The notes beneath the pieces were generated by a model that worked only from the letters and a program-made list of their open reading frames with translations, ran no database searches and was not told where the DNA came from. A stretch of DNA of 63,896 nt, filler included, from Rhabdomonas costata (Eukaryota), in the NCBI GenBank assembly GCA_019059605.1. It is 40 parts of 40 records of this genome, joined end to end, with 100 filler letters (N's around TTAATTAATTAA, not from the genome) between each part and the next. Parts side by side here need not be neighbours in the genome. Positions count along the whole stretch, not along the records: positions 22,414 to 23,914 come from JAHMHO010014385.1; positions 24,015 to 25,515 come from JAHMHO010014386.1; positions 25,616 to 27,116 come from JAHMHO010014387.1; positions 27,217 to 28,716 come from JAHMHO010014388.1; positions 28,817 to 30,316 come from JAHMHO010014389.1; positions 30,417 to 31,916 come from JAHMHO010014390.1; positions 32,017 to 33,516 come from JAHMHO010014391.1; positions 33,617 to 35,115 come from JAHMHO010014392.1; 32 more parts are not named here. The stretch is one strand, 5' to 3'. The position numbers and the translations under genes were made by a program. Below, piece after piece: positions 23,722-35,832 of this stretch; within the stretch, counting starts at the first letter, position 1; each line of letters starts with the position of its first letter.

Positions 23722-26242
23722 GTCTCCCTGCTGTTGGTGCCCTCTCGTGTTCCCTTCACTTCCGTCCTACTTGAGGCTCGGGCATTCTTCTGAGTGCAGT
23801 AGCCTTTTTGTTTTAGTATACGCGGCTGAAGTTTTGTTTTTGCGTGCTTTCGAGGTACTGTTTTTTTTGTGCACGCGAAAACAAAACTTCAGCCGCGTAT
23901 ACTAAAACACAAACNNNNNNNNNNNNNNNNNNNNNNNNNNNNNNNNNNNNNNNNNNNNTTAATTAATTAANNNNNNNNNNNNNNNNNNNNNNNNNNNNNN
24001 NNNNNNNNNNNNNNGGTGTTGTAGCAGTCCATTGCGTTGGTTGCTTCATCATAACCATCACCACTTACAGTATGATGTGCATGTGCCATGTGAATTTGCT
24101 TTGCTTTGATTTTCTGCAAGTGGGGGCTTTTTCTCGTTCTAATCTGAAGCCCGAGTTTTGCGCGTTGGAAAAATGGAACCCCTCGTTGAAATCTGACCGC
24201 AAATATAGTGGAAAAGCACTTTGTGAAGGCAAGAAGGCCCAGAGTTGCAACCTGGGGCGAAGTTATAATGCTTGAAGTGTTAATATGCAGTTTGGTTCGT
24301 ACATACTTATGAAGTTTGGCATGCTGTTTCAGCTTTCACGTGTTCAAGCATTTCCACGTTTTCGGAAGGCTGAAACGTCGGGAATGGGAATCTTCAGAGT
24401 TGGTTTTGCAACAAGTTCGGCTTTTGATGTCTGTGTTCACTTTCGGTGCAGACTTGCGCCCTTTGTGGTTGCATGGGCACTTGCCAACTTCGGTGCAGAA
24501 ATCTCTGTGTGTTTGTATTTTCTTTTCTTTTTTCTTTCGCGTGCCAACCCGTATTTTCTCCACTGAAAGCGGTGAAGAAACCGCTTGGTTTTGAACTGGT
24601 GTGACTTCTGTTTTTTCAGTATAGATTCATCTTATTCCCCAAAGGACCATGTCATGCATATGCTGCCCCTACATACGGGAGCGTTTCATATTCTGGCTGA
24701 ACAAAGCATGTTTTCGAGCGCAGCGGCTGCTATGCTCGCTTTTCTGACTTAAGACCTTTAACTTTCTCTCACTGGAGTGAAGTATACAGAATACGTTCGT
24801 GGGTGGCTTACCATTTTGGACACCAATGGGTAGTATTCACAATAGTAGGCAAGAAATTGGGTGGCTGCTCGCAGGGCCGCTCCAAAAAAATTTTTGGCGG
24901 ACCCCGTACATTGTGAAGGTTTTGTAAGGGAGACGTTGGCCGTGGTTATAGTTTTGTCCTTCGCTTGACCAGATTTCCTTTGCATGCACTGGGCCTGGAG
25001 CTGCGTTTGGCAGTAAGAGGTGTGCCACCTTATTTGTCCTTTTTCGAGGGCGAACCAGCGGATGAATTCACCTCCTCACTGCTTTTCCTCAATAGGTTCG
25101 TACCGTGGCAACTGGGGCTTTTTTATTGTCGAAGCTCAATCGGGATTAAAATACTTTTCCATGGTCGTCGGGATGAAGCCACAGTCTTTCTATGTTGCAT
25201 CCTGCGAATGCATACCAGAACCAGTTTATGTGGTGGTTTGTCTGGTTCAGTGATATTTGGTTGGTACGTACACCCGAATCGCATTTGCTTGCCTTAACAG
25301 ATGCTTGGTGGAGCAGCGGTCCAGCCGCTTTCCTCGGAGGCCACCCATGGCTCCCCGGGCGCAGGGCGACCTTCAGCCCCGTGCTCTGCCAGGGCGAACG
25401 ACAAAGAGGAGAGGTTGTTTGAAGCGGGCGCAGGGGACGGTGAATGAGTCGGGATAATTTCTTTACCGAAAACGAAGTGTACACTCAAAAGTCTCAGTCA
25501 CTGTGCCACACAACCNNNNNNNNNNNNNNNNNNNNNNNNNNNNNNNNNNNNNNNNNNNNTTAATTAATTAANNNNNNNNNNNNNNNNNNNNNNNNNNNNN
25601 NNNNNNNNNNNNNNNTTGTTGGAGGACAAACGGAAGAAACACCCTGTGCACACCAGGCTATAAAGACGCGAATGCACTCCCCAGTCTTTCCACAGACACG
25701 AAGAAGGAACATTCAAGTGTTTACTGTCTGTTAGTATCAGAAACAGTTTGCCTAACCCTAGCAAATACAATTGCAGATGGTATATACATGCGCGCCTGCG
25801 CAAGAACACCACCAGACCGACCTCTGTCTCCCAAGCAAACTGCGGATAAACTGCAAGGGTACAATGCTGGGAAAAGGGTGAGTGCGATGAAAGAGCCCTG
25901 AAAAGCCGACTCTACAAAAAGGAATGCAAAGACTGTAAAAAAAAACAGCTGACAACACAGACCAGGATGAAAGAAAATTCATCCAGAGTCTTACACAACC
26001 TCGCCTCACAGAAAAACTGTGTCAGCGAGTCGGTGTAGTGTGGTTGTGGGTGATATTCTGGAAGGCCTATCGGGACCCGTTTTGTGCGAGGGAATGGTGC
26101 GGCATCTGGGAATGGGAAGCTGCCTGTGTAGCCTTCTCCGCCTCCACCCCAGTCGCAATGGGAGAAAAGTAAGTCTCGCGCAGTGGAGAGTGCCTGACCC
26201 AGCTTCCGCTCTGGGAATGGTTGGGGGGCGGCGAGGGGCGAC

Positions 26243-26989
26243 CTAACGGGGGACTGGGCTGGCCCTCCTTGAGCGCCGAAGAGATGCTTCCGCTGCGCGA
26301 CCCGCTGGGCTCCACACGGCCGCGCCTCCTCAGGGCCCAAGTCCGCACCTCCTCCATCTCTATGTCGCACCGTGGGCACGTCGCGAGGCCCTTGCAGCGG
26401 TTGCACCGCAGCTCGGCGGACTCCTTGGGGAACACCCGCGTCTGAAGGGCCTTTTGGAATTGCCCAAACGAGAGCCCATACATTCCAACATACATCACCA
26501 GAGGGACTCATTTGCTGGTCTGAGCTTTTTTCGTTTTGGGATTTTCATTGAATTGTTAATGCTGTCTACAACCTAGCCAAACCAATAGAGTGTTGCACAA
26601 TCACCACCGAGTTGGAATTATATTTTTTAATAGCAGTGCGTCGACCATCCTCGGGGCCGGCAGCAGATGACATTGCATAAAGCCGTTACTCGCAGAGAGA
26701 GCCCACAACACCCACGTGGGCGAAACGATGCGGACCAATTTGTTTTCCTTGCTCGTTTCTTCTCTTTGCTCGAACTCCCCAGAATACGCACCGGAAGAGT
26801 AACGGAGTGCAGCTCCTGGGGCTGGGCGATCCCCTTGAACGTGAAGCTGCCCGCTTCGGCAAAAATATAGTCGGCCTTGAAGGCTTCGTCCAAGCGGCTA
26901 AGCACAGCCTGGCTCAGAAGTACTTGACCCCCTTGTGCCTTGGACTCCACCCGGGCGGCGTAATTAATTGTGGGACCAAAGTAATCGGC
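26243..26989 (-). CDS. Class III adenylyl cyclase, end of catalytic domain plus C-terminal tail; exons 26989-26792 and ~26450-26243
   Basis: DYFGPTINYAARVESKAQGGQVLLS...FTFKGIAQPQELHSVTLP|ALQTRVFP; limits of second exon uncertain. Confidence 0.9.
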
Positions 26990-28070
26990 CTGCAACAGCC
27001 CAGACAGTCACCAGCAATGGAAGGACAAGTGTGCGGGAGCGTCCACCCCAATCATGCAGTGCGTGTCAAAGTTACTGGAATCCTGGAAATGGGTCGTCGG
27101 AAAAGCTCCACAACAANNNNNNNNNNNNNNNNNNNNNNNNNNNNNNNNNNNNNNNNNNNNTTAATTAATTAANNNNNNNNNNNNNNNNNNNNNNNNNNNN
27201 NNNNNNNNNNNNNNNNGTTTTTGGGTAAATATCTGAATCGCGCATTGCCTTGGTTGGTGCTTCAAAAGCAGAGTGGCAGCCCTGCAGAAACGAACACGAA
27301 AGCCAAGGAGAATCTTTTGATGAGCAGCTCTCCCCTGCGAGTCCAAAATGCTGGTCACCTCCTATCGTTGTTGTGGAGTGTCCCGTCCGGGAATGTAAAA
27401 CTGTGGGACAGCGGGTACTCGAACCATCGCACTCGGCAGGTCACGCAGTCCAGAGTCATCGGCGCTTTTCCTCTGCTCTCAAGAACTGCAGCCCCTCCTG
27501 AAGCAGCTTGGAAAATGCTCAGCTTAGGCTCATTTCAGGCAGTCCTCTGATGTCCAGAATCCCATACAAAGCATAACAGAAAGCAATCAGGAAGACGCCC
27601 TATGAACCCACTGTGCCCTTGCTGCTGTCCATTAGCAACTTCTCGTGGGTATCTGCGGATGGGGATCTCTTCACAGCGTATCAGTCTGTTTTGAAATCCT
27701 CTAAATAATCCGAAAAAGGGTTAAAAATACCCCTGATCAAGTTGTATACTGTAACAATCCACCCAAAGGCTGACATGCACAGGCTGCCCGTATTCTCCCC
27801 TGGGAGACGGGAATTGTGTTTACGCAATGTGGGCTGCCTGCCCTACAACAACCCTATTCTCGAGGTCCCCTTTGAATCCTCAGCGCGCATCCATAGTCAC
27901 ATTGAATGTGATGCACGAATTGTGCGCGCCCTCACGCACACTTCCTTCAGGACTCTTGTTACGTAGGGTGGCTTTCCCCATGTGACACCCGATCCAGTGT
28001 ACGCCTTGGGAATCCCCACTACCGCGTTTCGAGATCTCTTTGTTGGTACGAAATGCACCACACACGGGAC

Positions 28071-28271
28071 CTCAGATGAGCGCGCAGGGGCGGCAGTTGC
28101 GGCAACGGGGAGGCCTCCCGGGGGGAGGCGGAAAGCCGCGGTGCCGTTGAAGTTGCAGGAGTGCTGGGCGAGGCCCTGCTGGTGGGCGTACCTCGTAAAG
28201 GCCCACGCCGCTCGGGCCCGCACCCCGCAGTCCTTCAGCAGAGGGGTGAGCCGGATGAAGTCACAGTCAAC
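28071..28271 (-). CDS. X8 (CBM43-like) domain exon
   Basis: VDCDFI...DC...AAWAFTRYAHQQG...SCNFNGTA matches X8 pattern DC..I...C...ASYAFN.YYQ...CDF.GTA; 201 nt with ag/gt boundaries. Confidence 0.75.
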
Positions 28272-28516
28272 CTGAACATTTTAGGCGAGCGTGAGCTCAA
28301 AGTGTTGTCATACACAAACAGGAAGGACAGAGAATTCTTTTATTCTTTTATTGGAACTGTAGCTTTATTCTTTTATTGGAACTGTAGCAACTCAAAGTCA
28401 TCTTGCGTCATGGCACACTGACAGAAGCCCCTTAAATGTTCCCACTTGGGCAGTTCGGCGAAGGTCGTCAGCGACAAATGAGTAAAGCTTCGGGTCTGAA
28501 GGCGAAGACGGGGCCA

Positions 28517-28710
28517 GGTGAGCCGACAAGATTTCTTGCCAGGATATACGTCCCTGACCCAAACGCTGCTTGAGTAAGCTTTTTTAAGATCTGATGCTGG
28601 AAAAAGAGATACAAGAGAAGTTCATTAGAAGCGAAAGCCTGTACATCAAGGACTCAAGCAGCGTTTGGGTCAGGGACGTATATCCTGGCAAGAAATCTTG
28701 TCGGCTCACC
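28517..28710. repeat. ~60-bp terminal inverted repeat (probable fold-back artefact)
   Basis: ggtgagccgac...gcttgagt versus its reverse complement immediately before the C/A tail. Confidence 0.85.
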
Positions 28711-29265
28711 CACCCCNNNNNNNNNNNNNNNNNNNNNNNNNNNNNNNNNNNNNNNNNNNNTTAATTAATTAANNNNNNNNNNNNNNNNNNNNNNNNNNNN
28801 NNNNNNNNNNNNNNNNGGTGTTGTGTCTTTCATGTGCGAAACGAAAGTTTGCGCAGCAAACTGGTCGTTGTTTGAGGATTTGACTTTCTTTTTATGCCGA
28901 GTTGCTGGCGCATGTCCAAAGCTCAGAATCGGATTCAGAAGGGTGGTTGTGTGAGGACGGTCCAACGGGGCGTCTTTCGTTTGTTGTGTGTAGGGTGAAG
29001 TCAGGGATGCTTTTGTATGGACAGTGCATCCCTTTCTTATGAGTCGAGAGGTTTTGCTTGCGTTTGCTACGCGCCCTTTTGTTTTCGCTGAGTGTTGCAC
29101 ATGTATGTGGCGTATACTCCGGCGCTCTTCTCCTCTATTTCTTATCGTTTCTACTTGGGGTTGACGCCCGATGCTGCCTGGTATCGGGAAAGAGCCTGAT
29201 CTCTCGTTCGCTGGCTTTGGCTCGCGGTGCGTTTGTTGCAGTTTCTTCCTCTCTCACCACCACAG

Positions 29266-29362
29266 GTGTGCGATATTCGTGGGGTATCCGCCCCTTCGCA
29301 GCCCTCAGGGTACACCCCGCAGCCCGTGAGCATCGGAGGCTTCTCTGCTGACCCTAAAGCCG
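29266..29362 (+). CDS. Small putative exon, unknown protein
   Basis: cacag acceptor after pyrimidines, gtaagt donor, GC-rich. Confidence 0.35.
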
Positions 29363-32233
29363 GTAAGTGTGTTTTTTTTTGGGAGGGGGGGGCGGGGTTA
29401 TCTTTGTTCGTGCAGAGTGCTCGGGAATGCCTGAATCTGACGCCTGTGACGCAAGTGAGTCACGCCAGCGCTATGACATACCTGAAATGTAATTCCTGCC
29501 ACCTTTGGCGTACCACAACTGCAGTTTGTATTCAGCCTGCAGAGCACGTGATGACGCCGCCCTAATGGTAAAAGAAGCAGATAGGAGCTCCACCAAAAAA
29601 CTAAACTCAGGTCACCGCAAGACGGTCAGCATGGACGCCACCCAGCGCCCCGCAGAAACAACCCAACACGTATGCGGTGCCTCTCTCCTCTCTCTCTCTG
29701 TCCCTGTCGAGCTGCCCGTTTGGGCGCTTGGTGGCAGGGATGGGGTCGATACTTGCGGATGTGCGGATGTGGGGATGGGCACGACACACAGCCTCTTTCG
29801 CAGCGAGGACACGCCCAGAAACAGGCGTGCCGAAGAGAAAGAATTACAGCACGCTGCACAACGTGCCTTAGCGCCCCTGTGTGTTTATATGTGTGTGTGC
29901 TTCTTTCAGGGTCCAACACCAGAACCAACTCCATTCTCCCAATCCCCTCCCTCCCCTCCCGCCAGATGTATATAACTTGTGCTATGTAAAATGAGTATGG
30001 CCAGTCTGAGGCGAGCAGGTATGTGTGAATACACACATACGCTCTGTCTTCCCTCGAACAAAAGAAGGGGAAAAGCAAAAGACGGACTCTTCACATGCAC
30101 AACCACTGCGTGAAGACACGGCAGGGGTGGTTTCTGTCCTTCCTTGACTAGTGCGAAGATAACTTATCTAATTGCGCACAAAAAGAAAAAACCCATCATC
30201 CGACAAGGGCATCGGTCGGACGTATCCAGCCACGCAACTCTCCTTCCCATTGTACATACACCCATCCAGGCGATTCACACAGGAGGGACAAACTCAAAGC
30301 ACCCCCCCCCACACACNNNNNNNNNNNNNNNNNNNNNNNNNNNNNNNNNNNNNNNNNNNNTTAATTAATTAANNNNNNNNNNNNNNNNNNNNNNNNNNNN
30401 NNNNNNNNNNNNNNNNATACACTGAACACATCTGACCAAATGGTGCAGTAATCAATGGGAGGGATTGTTTTGTGATGGTCGATGTTTTTTTTTGGATTTC
30501 GGCGTTTTCCTTGCTGTTTTATGGATTTAGGCCACAACATGACAAGCGTCGAACGTGACCACCAATTGGCATTCACCTGAGAGGGGTGAGAGGGTGGACG
30601 TTCCTTGACATGCCTTTTTGTCCAGAGAGAAAGTTCACAGCCGAGCAGTCAAGCGCGGCTCCTAACGTTGGGCAGTGTCCATAGGGCAGATTTCTTGTTA
30701 CCGTGCATGCTGGTCCGGATTTTGCATTCGATCAATATTTTGCCAAGCTGGGCATCTCAGTGGACTATCGAGACTTCCACGCCAGGTTGGGACGGAGCTG
30801 CGGCCCCGGATCAAGTGAAAAATCTGTGCTGCAACGGGGTGGTGACAACTCCCTTCCTTCTTTCTGGATATTAGCACATCCTGAACTCTCTCAACCGATT
30901 ACATCGGTTTGCCACAATCAACAGAACTTGTGATTGTGATTCGATTTGGACTGCCTTTCACAAGTCGAAAAGGGGAAGCACACCGCGCAAGTGTCTTCGC
31001 AAAGGTCCAAGCCACCAGTATCACGAGACAACAAAAGCAGCGAAGGGAAGGACTCGAGCCAGTGCACATCCACAGCTGCGATATATAAGTACGCGCGGTA
31101 TATACACACACCAGCCGCCGTTCACAGTACAGGAAGGGGTCCCGCGCTTGGTCCCCCGTTGGTTGCCAACGTCAAAGGCATCGGGTGCATGCTGTGGCGC
31201 ATCAAAGGGAGGGAAAGATGCCCAGAGAGGATCCTAGCAATCCCACCCGTTAATATTTTTTTTCAAGCAGCAAATGTGGAGCCATAACTTTGAATTGGAA
31301 CGGGGGTAGCTTAGGGTAATGATTGGGTAAGCCAGAACTTAAAACTCATCGCCCATCCATCCTCCAGATGATCTGTGCTTTACTGCAGGATTGCTTTTTT
31401 TTTTCAAAATAAATGTTTAAGGTTAACCTCCGCAGTGTGTGTGTGTGTGTGTGGGGGGCAACTTTACGTGCTCACGGCCATGAGAATCTTTTCCGGTCTC
31501 CATCCTATTGGATTCTATCGGAACCACCCCAAACCATTGTATCCATCTGATTCTGCCCAACCCAACCAAATAGGTCTGTTTCCTTCCCAATCCGTCCGAT
31601 TCAGCCAGCTAGCCAGCTAAGGAAGCCAAGATGTATATTCCCGGACCAGAAGGAAAGGAGGTGTGTTTGTGTGTTTGTGCGTGTGTGTGTGTGTGGGGGG
31701 GGGGCAGCATGCACCCGAAGGAAAACAAGAACAGAATCCAGGGATAGAGAAGGTCGCAGTGCCCTCCCTTCTCTCCTTGGGAAACTACAAAAACGCAGAA
31801 AGAAAGCCGCACTCGCAGCTCTCACACACACTCAGGAGAGGAAGCGCCTTTACTATTCCGCCGCCCAAACCCTTGCGTCCCTTATGGTATGCCCCTTCCC
31901 AAAGACACGCAACACANNNNNNNNNNNNNNNNNNNNNNNNNNNNNNNNNNNNNNNNNNNNTTAATTAATTAANNNNNNNNNNNNNNNNNNNNNNNNNNNN
32001 NNNNNNNNNNNNNNNNTGTGGTTTGTGTTGTGCGTGAACAGCCTGGCCACGGGGTCCATCCCAACCAGAGCGTGGCTCTCATTGTCGTACACCTGAAACG
32101 GGTGCGACGCACAACACAAACCGCCACCCGGACTACCACCGTTGCGACCTTCAAAACCACACAGGAGGCGATGGATGGACGGCGGGCAGGAGAAGGGACG
32201 GAGCCTTCTGTGGAAAGCCGTCTAGAGATCTCA

Positions 32234-33334
32234 GCAAGGCACAACGGTCAGGGCGTCGCGTACCCAGATCGAGATGTCACCCAGGGTGAAGTTCTGGCCG
32301 GAGCGGTAAGTCTGCTGGAAGGAGGCGTTTGGGGAGAAGTCAATCTCAGAAGGCTCGCCCACGATGTCAAAGGTCTGATTGGATCGGCTGAACACGAAGC
32401 CGTCGAAGGTGACCTCCACGTAGCTCGGCAAGGGCATCGCTCTGTATTACCCAAACCAAAAGAAGTGAGCCAAAGATGAAGAGAAAAGAACAGGACGATC
32501 GCAGAGATATGACAAAAACGTGGGCTCCGCCCGCTTTCGGACCCGTACCAATCGTCAGGGGTCATCCCGAAAATGGGAGGAGGGTCAGGGGGCGTTTTTT
32601 GTACCTTTACAGACCTGTGTGTGAGTCCAAGTTTCCGGTGCGCAGGAAAACGCTGGAACACTTCATCGTGACACCAAAGTGGGCCGAATCACTTTGGCCT
32701 GTAGCTGCCCTGGACGCCATTTTTGGCTTCTGACACCCGCAAGGGTTCCAACAGTTGATTCGTGTGTGCATGGCAGCAGGGCAGAAGTCCGGTGGGATAT
32801 GCGATATATTGCGGTGGACATTTTTTATTTAGCGAACTCAAAAAGAGGGATCGTTACCAATGTAGTCCACAACTACACCAGTTTTCCCCCTGAAAAACTC
32901 CTGAACACAAATTCAGACCTTGCTTTGGGATACAAAAAGCGCTACAAGTTCACCAAAATAAAATGTCCACCGCATAAAACTGGGGGGGATCCGGTGGAAG
33001 GTTTAAAAACGTTCACTAGCCTTAATTCAAGCAGGAAGTAGTAAATCGGGCAACCTCCAGAGTCCCTGGGGAACATGACCCGACAGGATTTACACTTAGC
33101 GTTCAATCGTGATCGTGCAGGGGTGATAACCAAGCGAATCCAAAGCCTCACCTGGTCATTATGGGTTGGTCGCAGGTGACCTCCTCGCTGGTGCTGAACA
33201 CCAGGGGGGTGTAGATCGGGGGGATCCACCGCGGGGCAGGAGCAGCGGTGTAGAACTTGCACCGCACGTAGGGCGTGCTGGAGAACCCCTGGCCCACAAG
33301 AGTGACCTTCAGTGCAGTGTCGTAATGGCCCCGA
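32234..33334 (-). CDS. IPT/TIG (Ig-like) repeat protein; exons 33334-33152 and 32441-~32260
   Basis: G...KVTLVGQGFS..PYVRCKF...STSEEVTCDQP...|...YVEVTFDGFVFSRSNQTF. Confidence 0.8.
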
Positions 33335-33346
33335 CTGTGGAAAAGC

Positions 33347-33380
<34 letters not shown>

Positions 33381-34077
33381 TAGCAACCTATCTCCGGTGC
33401 AGCCGGTGGAGAAACAAATAGGCAGTTCTAAATATGGAAGCGCGTAGGGAAACGCGAGGACCGGAAAGGCACATTAAATCGCCATACAACGGTCCCTAAG
33501 TCACGGAAAAAAACAANNNNNNNNNNNNNNNNNNNNNNNNNNNNNNNNNNNNNNNNNNNNTTAATTAATTAANNNNNNNNNNNNNNNNNNNNNNNNNNNN
33601 NNNNNNNNNNNNNNNNGGCAACATTTGCTCCGCCTTCAAAGGCTTGTGATGTATTTAGGTTCGTACAACCACGGTTTAAATCAAGGGTTTCAAGTTTATT
33701 AAAGCCATTAATACTGCCTTTCACTTTCCTTCTATCATTTTCCAGCAATCAGAGAGAGGAAAAAAGAGATAAAAACGGTTGGAGGTCACCTCACCAAAAA
33801 AAAACTGCTCCACGTTTGTGCATTTTTGAATGTGCACCACGCCGGCTCCAGGTGTCTCTGGGTGTCCGAATGGAGGAAACAATTAGGCGTTCCCAGGCAT
33901 GCTTTCAGCAAAGCCTCTTGCTAGGACTGTGCTTTTTGACATTGGGGGTGTCTTCCTGAAAATAGTCCTGGGCTCGAAGCGGGGCACCAGTGTGCCATCA
34001 ATTTCAACTTCTCTCACAACAATCAACTTTTCTCTCGCACTTGCAAAAAGTGCGAGCTGAGGGGGAGGGGGTCAGAC

Positions 34078-34504
34078 CAGGGAAAAGGTGGATAACGCTG
34101 GTCCTCTGTGTAGTCTGCAGATGGGCCCCATCGTCAATCACGACATCCGCACCGGTCCGCAGAGTTGACACCTAAAAAAAGCAAAAGCCAAGGCCAACGG
34201 GCTGCAGAATGCTACAGAAGTGCAGGCGGTTGCTGCACACTTGCGCGCTATGTGCTGTGCTGACTAAAATTAACGCGGACGAGGTTGGGGTGGACATTCA
34301 TGAAAATTATATTGGCACCACAAACCCGTGTGTTCGGCTAGGGTTGCGGCTTGCAGGGAAGTTCTGTTAAATACATAGGGAGAGGATCAGAGATGAGTAC
34401 CACACGCCGGAGCAGTACGGGGTCGGACTGGTCCCCCAGAAAGATGTGCCCGTTGACGGGCTTCATCTGCTCAGGGAATTCAGCGGGGCAGGTATTCTGA
34501 TACT
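34078..34504 (-). CDS. Class I SAM-dependent methyltransferase, MycE-like; exons 34504-34401, 34171-34078
   Basis: IFLGDQSDPVLL...|...DVVIDDGAH...QRTSVIHLFP. Confidence 0.8.
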
Positions 34505-35768
34505 CTGCGAAGAAAGGCAAGACAGATATACTGCTGATGAGAAGACGCATACCCGGTTGCTTCAAATTCAAAGGCAAAATGATCGATCGCACAGTGGAAC
34601 CACAGCAAAAAAAAAAAAAGGAACCCCACCGCACTGCAGGAACCCCACCACATGCAACAAAACAATGCGTGTTTCTAACGGAACAAAAAAGCTAAAGGAA
34701 AGACTGAGGCAGAACAAAATAACCACCCTTTACCCTTTGGAGCTAGCCCACCACCACCACCAGCGTAACATTTATTCAGAAAACTTATTGGTCAATTCAA
34801 AATGGAACATTAATATTAGTGTTGCTAATTGGAACATGACGGTGCTGTCAGTCACCCACCTGATGAATCATGAGAGTCCAGGCCCTCTTGAACCGCACCA
34901 TGGAAGCCCTAAACCACGACTGAGCCGGAAGAATGCAAAAGTGAGCCCACTGTAAGCAAGTGCCATAACGCTCCAATAACCGCAGGACCAGGACATACAA
35001 AAAGAAGGGGGAAAACAGGGAGGAGGGACGGAGGGACCTATGTAATGCAGGGTGAGGTTTGGAAAGGGCCTGGACTCTCATGATTCATCAGGTGGGTGAC
35101 TGACACCACCACCCCNNNNNNNNNNNNNNNNNNNNNNNNNNNNNNNNNNNNNNNNNNNNTTAATTAATTAANNNNNNNNNNNNNNNNNNNNNNNNNNNNN
35201 NNNNNNNNNNNNNNNGGTTGTACTACTCGCAGTTTGGGGGGCACAGCCAGTGACAAGACCTTGAAAGTGGATTTGGTGGGGGTGGATTACCGTGATGAAA
35301 CGATACTTCCCATTCCGCCGGAATGACTTCGCACGTGTGAATGCCATGAAGTAACACCTGACAAGCTTTGAGCCTTTGTGCCTTCGGTCAACAGGCTGGA
35401 ATAAGGTTAGAAGGTATCATCGGAATGTGGTTCATGCAGGCAAGCTATGTGAAGCGAAAATTACGAGGAGCTCTGATTCAAGTGAGGAAATATTAGACGC
35501 GGACGCGCACACAAATACCTTCACTTTCCTTCCTTCCTGTCAGATGCGAATCTTTCAATCGCTATGCAGCACAGAATTACGACATCCCTGGGAACTCTTC
35601 AGCCTCAGCTTCAGATGGGTCAACGGGTTACCCCCTCCCCTATTATTCCCATGCCGCCGTTTCACCTCTTCCGTACAAGGATTCCACGCATTTTTCACAG
35701 TGGCTTTTCTTCCGGTTCAAACTTTTGCGGGCGCTTCTTTTTTTTGTGATGATGGTGTGACGTACCCG

Positions 35769-35832
35769 ATGGCTGATACTGCAGTGAAACCTCCAGCCAC
35801 CCTGCAGCAGGGAGAGCTCAAATGGGAAAATG
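35769..35832 (+). CDS. Possible first exon of a MORN-repeat-like protein
   Basis: MADTAVKPPATLQQGELKWENG ending at a gtaatg donor; very short. Confidence 0.3.

Noticed and set aside
23786..23815. TTCTGAGTG...TTTTT resembling the Euglena spliced leader
   Set aside because: Only a 9-nt match, inside an intron, without SL RNA context
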